A DNA stretch of 63,793 nt, the filler included, from Hausera hauseri (taxonomy: Eukaryota): NCBI GenBank assembly GCA_046269625.1. It is 11 parts of 11 records of this genome, joined end to end, with 100 filler letters (N's around TTAATTAATTAA, not from the genome) between each part and the next. Parts side by side here need not be neighbours in the genome. Positions count along the whole stretch, not along the records: positions 31,859 to 37,390 come from JBJURY010235184.1; positions 37,491 to 41,433 come from JBJURY010869626.1; positions 41,534 to 54,794 come from JBJURY010877625.1; 8 more parts are not named here. One strand, 5' to 3'. The notes below the pieces were generated by a model that saw nothing but the letters and a program-made list of their open reading frames with translations, made no database searches and was not told where the DNA came from. A program made the translations under genes and the position numbers. Shown in pieces: positions 33,889-44,490 of the stretch (position 1 is the first letter of the stretch; every line of letters starts with the position of its first letter).

Positions 33889-34267
33889 ATAATTTACGTT
33901 ATTTGGCTCTAAATTTGCTTTATTTACTCTAGGTTTCTCGAGTGGAACTTTAAACTGTTTATCTTGCGCAACAACGTCTAGTTTATTTCTATTCTCAGAA
34001 TTTGAACGTTTTCTACCTTTTCTGTTTCTCTGTATATATTTCTAGGCGTTTCACGTATAGGTGAATTGTCTTTTAATATACGATTTATTCCTGACTTATC
34101 AGTGTTTGTTCTCAATTAAATTTTGTTTACTTATCCCCGTAAAATAGCCTATATACCCGAAATTTAAATTCCGATTCTGAATAAATCAAGTTACTCGGTG
34201 TAATGGCGCTGTTCGCCGGTATGTAATTATTTAACTCTGATAAGTAAAGTCTAGCGAGGTACAGACA

Positions 34268-34284
34268 GTCCTGTAGGGTCGCCA
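34268..34284 (-). promoter_or_regulatory. Primer-binding site (tRNA-Arg-like)
   Basis: TGGCGACCCTACAGGAC, 2 nt after the LTR 3' end ...TATAACA. tRNA identity is from memory of Arg tRNA 3' ends (..GGTCGCCA). Confidence 0.8.
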
Positions 34285-34286
34285 AA

Positions 34287-35112
34287 TGTTATATATTGGG
34301 GTGGCCCTTATACAATCTCCCACTATATAACAATAGTTACACTTGAAGTTAATGTTTACGCAGGTAAGGTCTACCGTAATCGTGTAGACAGAATGTACCT
34401 TAACCAATTTAAATATTTAGTAATGCGTGTACTGCTTGCGGTCCTCTGCAAATGTTATGAAAATCTCCTCTTACCTATACAATTTACCGTGAAATTTAAG
34501 ACCTTAGTGTCGTCGAATTACCCTTAAGGGGCACTGAAAAACTATGTAAGAATTTTAGAATAAACAATATATTTATACAAAAACAATTACTCAATGCTTC
34601 ACATATCAATCAAATTGAAGTCAGTAGTTTTCACTGAATTTGTGCTCTGCGGTTTCTAGAAAAACTTCATCTTCTCGATAATCTAAGAGTTCGCTTTCAC
34701 TTCTCTAAGGAAGTCAATAGGCTTCAATAGCTTTAGGTCAAGGGCAACTTAGAGATCTCACAAGTCTTCAAATAACTTCACAAAAATTCACAAAAGTTTT
34801 AATAGTTCTAAAATCTGTCTGCTTATATACTAATTCAACTGCGTAGGCGACTGATTACTCTTGTAATTATAATCAGTTTTAACTGAATTTTTCGGTATTT
34901 TCTGATTTAAAAATTAATATCAATTCAATGCTTTCTCCAAAAATTCTGTAAAATATACCAATTTATTACTAAATACCTTCTTTAATTTTGTACAAATTCC
35001 TAATTTCGTTCAATAACGAAAAATATTATAAATTAACAAATATCTACAATTTGTTGATTATAATGCTATCTACAAATTGAACGTCTTCTCAATTATGGAC
35101 GTCTTTACAACA
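34287..35112 (-). repeat. Long terminal repeat (826 bp) of the gag-X element
   Basis: TGTTGTA...TATAACA termini; preceded by a PPT and followed by a PBS; TATA-like GTATATAAGC at 34821-34830. Confidence 0.88.
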
Positions 35113-37360
35113 TTTCTCCTCCCTGAACGGCATCCTCGGATGTGCCCATTGCGTCAGGAGAGGTGCCGCGGCGACGAGGGTCTCGTAGTAATTCCATTCG
35201 CTGTCTTAAACTGGGTCCGGAACTTGTACTTGTTTGATCTTCTTCTCTAGTATTTGTTTCTAATTCATAACTGTAATGGGGCCTTATGCGGACTACACGG
35301 GTATAACTACCGTTTGAAAAATATTTAAGTTCAGTTGCCTCGGCTCTACACACCGGGCAGGTAGTTTTGCCATTATCTAGGGTCCATTTTTCCAAGCAAT
35401 CTCTGCAATATTTGTGTCGACAATCACGGTTATCTAAAATGACATATCCTTGGTTGAGATTTGCTTCACATACTGGGCATTCATTTTCTTCTTTGCCCCA
35501 TTTCTCATCATCTAAATCTACCCTTATTATAAGCTCTATGGGTTCGAATATGAGACCATCCTTATCTTGATATATGTAACCATGGATTCTTTTTTGTTTG
35601 GGATTTACTGAACTCTTCCTGGGGTCACATCCTACTGGTACTAAAATCCAATCGGCGATAGTATCTCGATCTAAATCGGGAATTTCGCCATCCGTTTTAT
35701 ATTTTTGATACTGTCTTTTCAACAAAGCTTTCATTTGTTTATCCACTGGCACTGTTAGCTTTCCATTTCTCTTTGATAGGAAAACTGGCGCGATGTATTT
35801 TCCTATTTTAGGGTTTTCCCAGATGTAGGTATTTTCATATACTTCTCGAGCTGGTGTGGTCTTCACGAAAAACATTGCTTCTTTGATCGTCTGGCGGCTA
35901 TAGTACTCGGTTGTTATTAACATCCTTGGGTGATCTTTAGTTGTCGCAAAGTGAACATCTTCTTGGGAGTTTCGTTTTCTAAGAATGTTAACTTCCGTAA
36001 ACAGTTGTTGAAATCCACTTTCTGGGTTCTTATGTTTATATGATGATCTCTTGGGTTTTTCTAGACTTGTTATCTGGTTGTCTTCGGACGTTGTTGGCCT
36101 TTCGGGTTCTTCGTTTGTTTTATCGGGTTGATTCTCTTGAACTTGGTTCGGGTTTATTCCTTTATTCTTCTTTTTGAATAAATAATCGTAGAGGGATAAT
36201 TTTCTTTTGATCGGAGAAATTTGTGTTTCAGCTTTCTGTTTCTTCGACGGAATTTTGGGTACTTTGAATATCTCAGCTGTTTCTATTTTCTTGCTTATGG
36301 GTTTGATTTCTGGAATCGGTTTGACGTAAGAACTATAACTGGTACTTGGTACTTCTGTACATAGTTGGCTTGGTTTTTGAATGATTATTTTGATATTATC
36401 TCGTCCCATCGGTTCCACAATTCTGCATGGGGAATATGAACGATACTGCTTCCGATACCTTTTATTTATATTTTCCGGTTCGGTTGTACTTCGTAGATTT
36501 TGTTCTGGATTATTAGGTGTCCACTCATGGTCCCATTTTAAAGCTACGTATATGTCGCGTAAGTAGCGAGTACGTTGACTTGCAGTTAGCAGTTTACTAA
36601 TCTTAACATGTTCGCTGTTCATGGCATCGACCATTAATTTGAAATAGGCGTCCATAACTTTTGGTGCGGGGTAATTTCTTTCTCGTAATATTCGTTTACT
36701 TTGTTCAGCGACTACTGGGTGTGATCCTATCTCCCGTATTCCTACGATGGTCGATATGGGTATTTCTAATAATTCAATAATATTATCGATGCGGTATCCT
36801 GTTATGATATATCCATATAAACAATGTTCTAATTCAGATTGAACAAGCTTGATGTCTCTGCCTTTCGAGAGTGTTTCCTTGCGAATTCCTGTCGTATCAT
36901 AGTATGTTTCGCGAACTCGTTTTCTTGGGCTGATAACTGTACAATATACCTCTGTTCCGTTCGTTTCTCGAACTGACACTTCCATTGGGATTTTCTGTGC
37001 ATTGTCTGCTTCTCCACAATTAATCGCTATGATTCTGGTATTTCTGTCATCCTTCACTAGTCTATACGATTGTAGGAATGTGTCCAAATCTTTTTCTGAT
37101 GGTTGTTGGTAGAACTTCAAAGGTGGTAATTTGACATATGGGTAACCGTCATGCGTTACTTCGAACATTATTTTTACGGGAAGGGTGGCTACTCTGAACT
37201 CTAACTCGTAATGTTGCAAATCTTGGCTACGGAAGCTAAGTGTACTGAATCTGTATTGTCTTCCATCGTTGGTGTTCCATTCTTGGTCTTTGAATCGATA
37301 ATATATCTCACCGTCTGCTAGGTGGATGTAAATTGTCTGTCTACTCCCGTATGCGATCAT
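35105..37360 (-). CDS. 3'-terminal ORF of the LTR element: inactive DEDDh (REX4/ISG20-like) exonuclease domain plus C3HC4 RING finger (5'-partial)
   Basis: 751 aa, frame open to the contig end at 37390. RING CPVC-x15-CRH-x2-C-x2-C-x12-CPVC at 35348-35479; exonuclease-like fold at aa ~109-275. Stop codon lies inside the LTR. Confidence 0.85.
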   Translation of the reverse strand: MIAYGSRQTIYIHLADGEIYYRFKDQEWNTNDGRQYRFSTLSFRSQDLQHYELEFRVATLPVKIMFEVTHDGYPYVKLPPLKFYQQPSEKDLDTFLQSYRLVKDDRNTRIIAINCGEADNAQKIPMEVSVRETNGTEVYCTVISPRKRVRETYYDTTGIRKETLSKGRDIKLVQSELEHCLYGYIITGYRIDNIIELLEIPISTIVGIREIGSHPVVAEQSKRILRERNYPAPKVMDAYFKLMVDAMNSEHVKISKLLTASQRTRYLRDIYVALKWDHEWTPNNPEQNLRSTTEPENINKRYRKQYRSYSPCRIVEPMGRDNIKIIIQKPSQLCTEVPSTSYSSYVKPIPEIKPISKKIETAEIFKVPKIPSKKQKAETQISPIKRKLSLYDYLFKKKNKGINPNQVQENQPDKTNEEPERPTTSEDNQITSLEKPKRSSYKHKNPESGFQQLFTEVNILRKRNSQEDVHFATTKDHPRMLITTEYYSRQTIKEAMFFVKTTPAREVYENTYIWENPKIGKYIAPVFLSKRNGKLTVPVDKQMKALLKRQYQKYKTDGEIPDLDRDTIADWILVPVGCDPRKSSVNPKQKRIHGYIYQDKDGLIFEPIELIIRVDLDDEKWGKEENECPVCEANLNQGYVILDNRDCRHKYCRDCLEKWTLDNGKTTCPVCRAEATELKYFSNGSYTRVVRIRPHYSYELETNTREEDQTSTSSGPSLRQRMELLRDPRRRGTSPDAMGTSEDAVQGGEML
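35113..35124 (-). promoter_or_regulatory. Polypurine tract
   Basis: AGGGAGGAGAAA directly before the LTR TG. Confidence 0.85.
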
Positions 37361-37789
37361 CTGTTTAAGTGAGTACGCTCGGGCATCTTTNNNNNNNNNN
37401 NNNNNNNNNNNNNNNNNNNNNNNNNNNNNNNNNNTTAATTAATTAANNNNNNNNNNNNNNNNNNNNNNNNNNNNNNNNNNNNNNNNNNNNGAAACAATTA
37501 AAGGAAAAGACATGTTTGGTTTATTTTAGGGAGGTTTTTTTTTCTTAAAAACAAGTTTTGAGATTCCTCCCACCGTGCTTGATATCTGAGCTCTTTTGAG
37601 ACGTTCGGGCTGTGGTACAGCGTCAGACGGTTTGGCAGGAGCTCTGAGGTTTGTGGTTATTTGCTGGCAGAGCGGACTTCAGGAACGAGGTGGTCTGTTA
37701 TCAGTGGACACACACAGCTGCCTCTTTCTGCCGAGTCCAACTGATGTTTACCGATGCCAATTTTAGACAAGATAAGCACAAGTCCACAA

Positions 37790-40700
37790 GGACTTGAAGT
37801 GTGGAAAAGGGAAACAAAACCCCGGTAGCCGACGCAGACGAAAAGGAATTTATGGAACTGCTATTACTTAAAATCACGAAAAATAGAGGCCATAGCCTAT
37901 CATTAAAACGGAAACGTAAATATTGTTCAAGATCACCAATGATTAAAGAAAAATTAGAAAAAAGAAACTGAAATCGCTGCAGAAAGCTACGAAGAACTTG
38001 GTCTAAACACACCAGAACTTGTTTAATTTACACATGTTGGAATAGAAGAATTAACAGAATCGGAAAATGAAATAAACGATATATGTCCACTACCCGCTAG
38101 TGAAGAAGAAGCAGAACAAACCTTGAAGTTTGATCGGAAAAATAGAAAATCAGACGATCGTGGAAAAATGCCGATGAATTGAAATGGATGAGAATTCACT
38201 GTCACGAACCAGAACTATTACGACAAAACCTAAAAATACTTAAACAGATCTCAAAACAAATAGATATCTCATATAAAGAACAATAATTTGCTGAAAAGTT
38301 GTATAAAAGTTTGAAATTATCAGTGAAGGGAAACTCAGTGAATCAATCGATTTAGGACAACCCGAAGTAGTACCACCAAAATGTTAGCAAAATGGAAATA
38401 TGAATTAGGTTCATGGATAAGAAGTGGAGTTGAATTTTCAAAAACATGGAATAGAATTGAGGATGGCGTCGATGTGAAAGTGGCTAAAGCTCAGACGTTA
38501 TAAACCACGTTAGAGACCACTCCGAAATTAAAAGGAGTAAAGCGTAATTTAGAACAGGCAATGGAAGGAATTAGGTTTGTAATGGTTAATCGACCTATAA
38601 AGAAACCGGTTAAAGAACGGAATAAAATCAAATCAGAAATATTGGGTATAGATCCAGTAGATATTCCTCTCTTAATGGAAATGTTAAAATTGCATCCTCT
38701 GCACATAATCAATATGCAAATATAGAGAATCGCATTAAAACTGTAAACCAAAAACGATCACCAATTTATAGTTTAAGAAACAGAATAATGCATATGAAAA
38801 ACGAAGCGACTCAAAATTTGATTAAAGTTTGCATCTTGGAATTTGATGAGTACAATGATGAATTTAATTATGCCAACCAGATCATAAGTTTTATAAAAGG
38901 CCCAGACGAATTAAAAAATGCTTATAAAACGCTAGACATAGCAATACTGCCGGAACCCGTAATAGCTAAGCAACTAAAAGAATGTCCGAATTAATATTAA
39001 GACTGAGTCAGGTAGTGAAAAATCGCATACAAGGGTTCACAGAAAGTGAAACGATAGTGAAACAAGAATTAGGAGAAATTTCACAAAATTTAGATACAAT
39101 GTGAACAGAAGTAGATATCCTGACGCAATTCAATACACTACAACAACTAAAAATTAGGGACAAGAACAAAGAGATGGTGTTAATGAACGAAATGTATAAA
39201 ATGATTGAAGGAACCTATTTTCAGATAAGACGAAACATTACTCATGGCCTCTATCCGAAATTAAGGAATGTCAGTTAGAAGAAGTCCAACAATTAGCTGA
39301 AAAATCCATAATCTCGATCCAAGAAGTAAAACTATTAGTCATCTGCACGGACTATTAACTGTTAATAGAAGAAGCACAGAAATTTCTACCGGACCCTCAT
39401 AAATGGATCCCAGGATTGGATCAAAAGTGGCATGCTGAATTAGTAGAGATAATGCGAGATCATCGACTTACTTTCGAGAAAACTAGTTTCATAAAGAAGT
39501 TAATTGAAGAAATCGATCCAGATTTAAGCCTATCAAATGGACGCATAACTGTCATCCCTTACAAATTAACAGAAACCAATCCCGTAAAAGGAATAACGGA
39601 CGATAAATTCCAGGATACCTCATCAAAAGGCATTTATAGACCAAAGGAAGGTGAAGCTTTTAGACAGTATCTCGCTTTTCCGCGTCAGCATACACATGAA
39701 TTAAGTCGAGCCATGGCTGCAGTAGTAGGCAAAACTTGCTACAAAGCAAAATGGGAATCTTCACTTGGTGCAAACCATTATCAAGGAGCTACCACTTAAA
39801 TACTATACAAAATTTGTGGAAGAGTTTTAATTTTTGGTAAAGCCGCATTTAGATTTTTAGCGGTCTATTTCTTCGTACAATTAATCAAAGTCGTAATCCA
39901 CGCAGTTATAAATGGATACAAAATATTTACATTTACTGGTTTTTCATGCAAAATTTTGACTGCAATTATAACATCGTTTGGAAAGTAGGTGGAAAACTGA
40001 CGCAGTACGACATGTTGGTTATTATAATCGAAAATGACAAAGAAGACCGAAAAAAACGATTAGGATGAGATGCCATCTCCAGAACAAACATACATAAAAC
40101 GTATTCTGTCATAAAGCCACAATTACCCATGTTGCCTCCGACGAAACAATGAGTTTTACGGAAAATGCACGAAAATAGGGAAAACTCTGCACTCTATCTC
40201 AGAAAGTCAGTGGATGACCACAAAATATTATATTCTCAAAGAATACTCCAAAACAAAGAAACCAGATCAATAGCCTGGGGAAATCAAAGAATGCAAACTT
40301 TTCGAAATCTAGAGCCATATACGAATAATCAAGAATCACTAATTAGTAGCCATGAAGCAGGGGATACGAACGTCACAAACAACGAACTGTATACGAATGG
40401 TGAAATGAAACAACTAACTGAAAAATTAATGACCTCTCCAAAAGTCAGAATTAACGGCCATAAAATATCGATGATTAAATAACCCAAAGTTGCATGGAAT
40501 TGTTACGGAACAATTATAGAAGGAAGGCTTTTTATCAAAGTCAGTATTGAAGACTGGGAAGTTTATGCCTTAATCGACGAAGGTTCTGAAACTTCGTACA
40601 TCAAAAGTGACAGTTCCGCAGACGTTAAGGAAACAATTGTATCCACTATCAGTGAAAGACTGGAAGTAGAGGAGCCTTTGGACAAATGTCAGGAACGATG

Positions 40701-41120
40701 TTTAAATAAATCCAGAAGTTCACATTATGGTACAATCTTTCCATCACGAATGTGTAGTAATGGAATAATTAACCGACGATGTAGTATTAAGTTGTGATTT
40801 ACTGAGGCAATTACCGAACGTGTCGGTAGATTTTCACGCTGGTAAATTAAAATGAGTAAAAAGAGTAAAACCTAAGGAATATAAATATCCGGAGAAGTAT
40901 GTATTCCAGTAGACTAGGAGATTGTTAATATTCGCACAAATCTGTGAGGATGATGGTAAACCAGTGTATTTTGAGCACATGGAAACGTTGAATCCGAATG
41001 TCGTATTTAGTAATGTACTAACAAGTGTAACATCAGGTCGTTTGACGATCAGATTAACGAATAAGGCACCAACTCCAGTTAAACTACACGCCAAAACTAC
41101 TCTTGTCCAAACAAGAATTT
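37790..41120 (+). mobile_element. Internally deleted copy of the gag-X / glycoprotein / protease element
   Basis: 37790-39523 matches domain X (contigs 4 and 7). 39524-41120 matches the glycoprotein C-terminus, TM, protease (ALIDEGS) and spacer of contig 2. Confidence 0.88.
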
Positions 41121-41533
41121 AAATTTCTCCGAAAATGTCACCGATGCTTCACCCTCAAAGTTGCATAATTTCCATCTTCCATTTTTCAATACAACTTTTA
41201 CCGTTTTTGTATGGATTCTAGCCTCAAACATACTATTTTGAAAGAAAATCAAGACAAACTCAAGGAAAAGGACATGAAGATATCGAAAGACAATTGCATT
41301 AAATGGTTTGAACATGCGGATAACGGCACAGAGCACAAACCACTCTCTTCTACCATATGAAGAATTTGGTAGGACACGGTTATGACAATGGAGCCAATAA
41401 TAACACACACGCAGTTATTTTGCGCAAAAATAANNNNNNNNNNNNNNNNNNNNNNNNNNNNNNNNNNNNNNNNNNNNTTAATTAATTAANNNNNNNNNNN
41501 NNNNNNNNNNNNNNNNNNNNNNNNNNNNNNNNN

Positions 41534-41608
<75 letters not shown>
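41534..41608 (+). repeat. (CA)n microsatellite
   Basis: Pure CA run at the contig start. Confidence 0.97.
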
Positions 41609-41609
<1 letters not shown>

Positions 41610-42566
41610 AACTGCTACAGCAATCACTTCCACACACATACCCAGGCACACGCGCACACACCCTGAGACCACGTTCATACACACACAGAGAAAAAGGGAA
41701 AAAAATCTACCCTTCGACCCCCACCCACGCTGACACAGCGAGAGAGGGAATCACTCCCCTCCTTTTACCCTTTATCTTCCACACACCACCATGCAGAGGC
41801 ACGCACCCACACAAACCCAGACACACACAGACTCCAGCAGCCCCCGTCCGTCCTTCTTGCACTACCCCGACTGTCCGGAGGTCCCACACGCCTCACAGAA
41901 CAACAAACACGGCACAACAAAAGCCAAAGTAACACACCCTAAACTATGAAGGTCCCAGACCATTCAGAATTTGGTTAAAAATTAACTACGTCCCGGACGC
42001 GTGCATATTCCCCCTCAGTAAACTAAAAATTCCGTCAATTTCGGGTGCCACAACCCTCCCGCGGGATGACGTTGCCCCGAGCTGGGTTCCCGGAACCCTT
42101 ACACCCCACTCGTCAGTGAGGTGGTTTCTCGCCACTGCGCAGCAAGGGAAATGCACTTTCTTCAGCGAGTTCCAAACTCCTGGCATACGACCCCAGGTCG
42201 AGTACTACCTAATAAATCACAAAAACACTGCGCATACACGAAGCAAAGCCGTGAGAAACACACACACGCACACGCCCGGAGAGCGCTGTGCGCAGCCGAT
42301 CTGAATAGACGCAACCCCCATGTCAGAAGTACCACTAATCAGCGCAATCTAGCTTAAACAAACCATCCTCATTTCCGGAGAAGGCTGCCCGCGCACCCGC
42401 AGAGGACAAAATAAAATAAAATTTGGTTTACCGGCCGAAAAGCTGAGTGATTCGGACCTCCCAAGGCCAGCAGGCATCAGCTTACCTCAAAAACGAAGGG
42501 CCCTCTCCTCTGCGCGCGCACCGCAACCCACTCGAATCCAAATGCCACAGCAGGCGCGCTCAGCCG

Positions 42567-42583
42567 CACGTCCGGGGTCACCA
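42567..42583 (-). promoter_or_regulatory. Primer-binding site, tRNA-Trp-like (ERV-B)
   Basis: TGGTGACCCCGGACGTG versus the Trp PBS TGGTGACCCCGACGTG; 2 nt after the LTR end. Confidence 0.82.
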
Positions 42584-42585
42584 TT

Positions 42586-43623
42586 TGAAGTGGACAGTGC
42601 ACTTTGTGTTCAAAACGGCGGAGACGTCACCTTATATAAAAAGATTTATTTGACAGAGGGTTACAAATATTCAGATAACATACGAACCAGATTAATATAT
42701 GCATATATGGAGCATGAAGACCCGACCTTAATATGGAGAAGTTCTGACCCGAATGCTCACCAGAACTTGTTGGTTATGGAGTTTTATCACTGCTTTTAGA
42801 AGCCTAGCTCCCTGATTGGTTAGAGGTTTAGGTTCGGAGCCTCTCTGCCCGTCAAGGCCGTTCCTAGCTACATTCCAGAGATAAAGTTTTATGACTCTAC
42901 TGAGCTAAGCTCTTTGTTCCAAGTTAGTGTATTATTCTGCCTTATTGGCCTAGAAAGAATACGTAGGTTAAGACTGTTATAATAATTAAGGTCTGTTAAT
43001 TATTATTATTTGCTATTTTATATTTATGTGTTGTTAATTGATAAATCCTGACTAATATAATTGTTTTTCAGTTCTGTTGGAGCTACCCTCCTCCAGTGCA
43101 GCTGTGAGCTTTGATAGACAACACACACATGAAGAGTTTTCCTTGAGGAACCAAGAATGTGATTCTGTGTTCCTAATCTATGGTTCAGTCTGATATTTAG
43201 TAACTTAACTTTATTCTCTGGTAGTTTACTGTTATATTAATATTTCTAATGTATTAGTGTGAAGATTAAAACTTGTGTGAGCTCATCTAAAATGCAGCCT
43301 GAAATTAAACAAGTTCAATGTTAATTATTATTAACATAAGGACCTGAGAGTTTTAATTTACCTGTATTGAAAGGAATACTCTTCTCGCAAGAGTAGTCAG
43401 TGTCTTACCTGTAGTATTGCTTGTCTGAATGGCTTGTAATTAAGTAAAATGTAAATTTATAAGAGTATATCTAGCTCCAGTGAGATTATAGATTACCATG
43501 CTAATTCATTGTAGTTCTATAGTCATAGTGAAACCCTTTTAAGAAAGACACGTACACACTTTATAACATGACATTTCAACGATGAATAGAAATATACAAG
43601 GAAATAAAATATGAAATCCTTCA
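42586..43623 (-). repeat. LTR of ERV-B (~1038 bp)
   Basis: TGAAG...CTTCA termini; PPT AAGAGAGGGA at 43625-43634; CCAAT near 42815 and AATAAA at 42644-42649 on the minus strand. Confidence 0.78.
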
Positions 43624-43776
43624 ATCCCTCTCTTGGTCTATCAAAAGATAGACCAACTACCTAAAGGAGGCTACAGATATTCTTGTCTCAGCCAATCGCA
43701 GGTGATCTCGGTCCGATGATGAGGAGTCCTCGCTGGCCCGCATCACAGGACACACAGCCCCGTCCCCACGACTGCA

Positions 43777-44490
43777 TCAGACCGAATCATACGAGAGACA
43801 GCAACCTTTGCACATGGTGCAACGCACCCCATCAAGACACAAAAAAAGAACCAAAACAGCCAGAGGAGGGGTAACAAGTTCAAGTGCAATCACAGCCTGA
43901 CTCCAAAACCCACCTGTAAACCACGACAACAACTCCAACGATGTTGCAGGAGGATCCTCTGCCTTAGCCGTTCGAACCCCTCTCAGCTGCGACATGGCCT
44001 CAGTACCACCCCAAACCAGGTTACAAGCACAACACACCTCCCCTCCAATAACCTCACTCTCGTTATACCTAGACAACGTTAATAGATACAAAACCATTCT
44101 ATTACATAAAACCACCACTCTCAGAGTGGACAATATGACCTAAACGCCCTCCAGCGCTATAAAAGTCGAATTAATAAACATATCGAAGCAGTAATCCTAA
44201 GTCTCAACCTGTAAAAGGGGTTTACCCATACCAGCCCAAAGAAAAGATGAAAGCATGACCTTTCCCCTGTCGTCCAGTGCTTAAAATTAGTAGGCACGTC
44301 CAAACCTAAATTGAATCATGCGGCCTAATGCCAACAGCCCCCGTCGCCTGAGTTAACGAGCCATTACCTAAAAATACCAGAAACTATTTGTCTGTGACTG
44401 CCACAGGTGCACAGAAACCTGACCAATTAGAGGAAAGAGTTAAAAGCACTGCATACCCACACAACCATAAATAATAACCAGAAAACTCCA
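43777..44490 (-). pseudogene. env: Degenerate gamma-type env (SU end and TM subunit) of ERV-B
   Basis: SNWSGFCAPV, HWTTGE, FINST, LSTLRVVVLCNRMVLYLLT, IGGEVCC, LLSWFTGGFW; collinear with the intact env at 52063-53829. Confidence 0.8.

Noticed and set aside
34268-34284. tRNA genes at the tRNA-like 14-17-mers (also 42567-42583 and 50708-50721)
   Set aside because: Only the 3'-end complement is present, next to an LTR; these are primer-binding sites.
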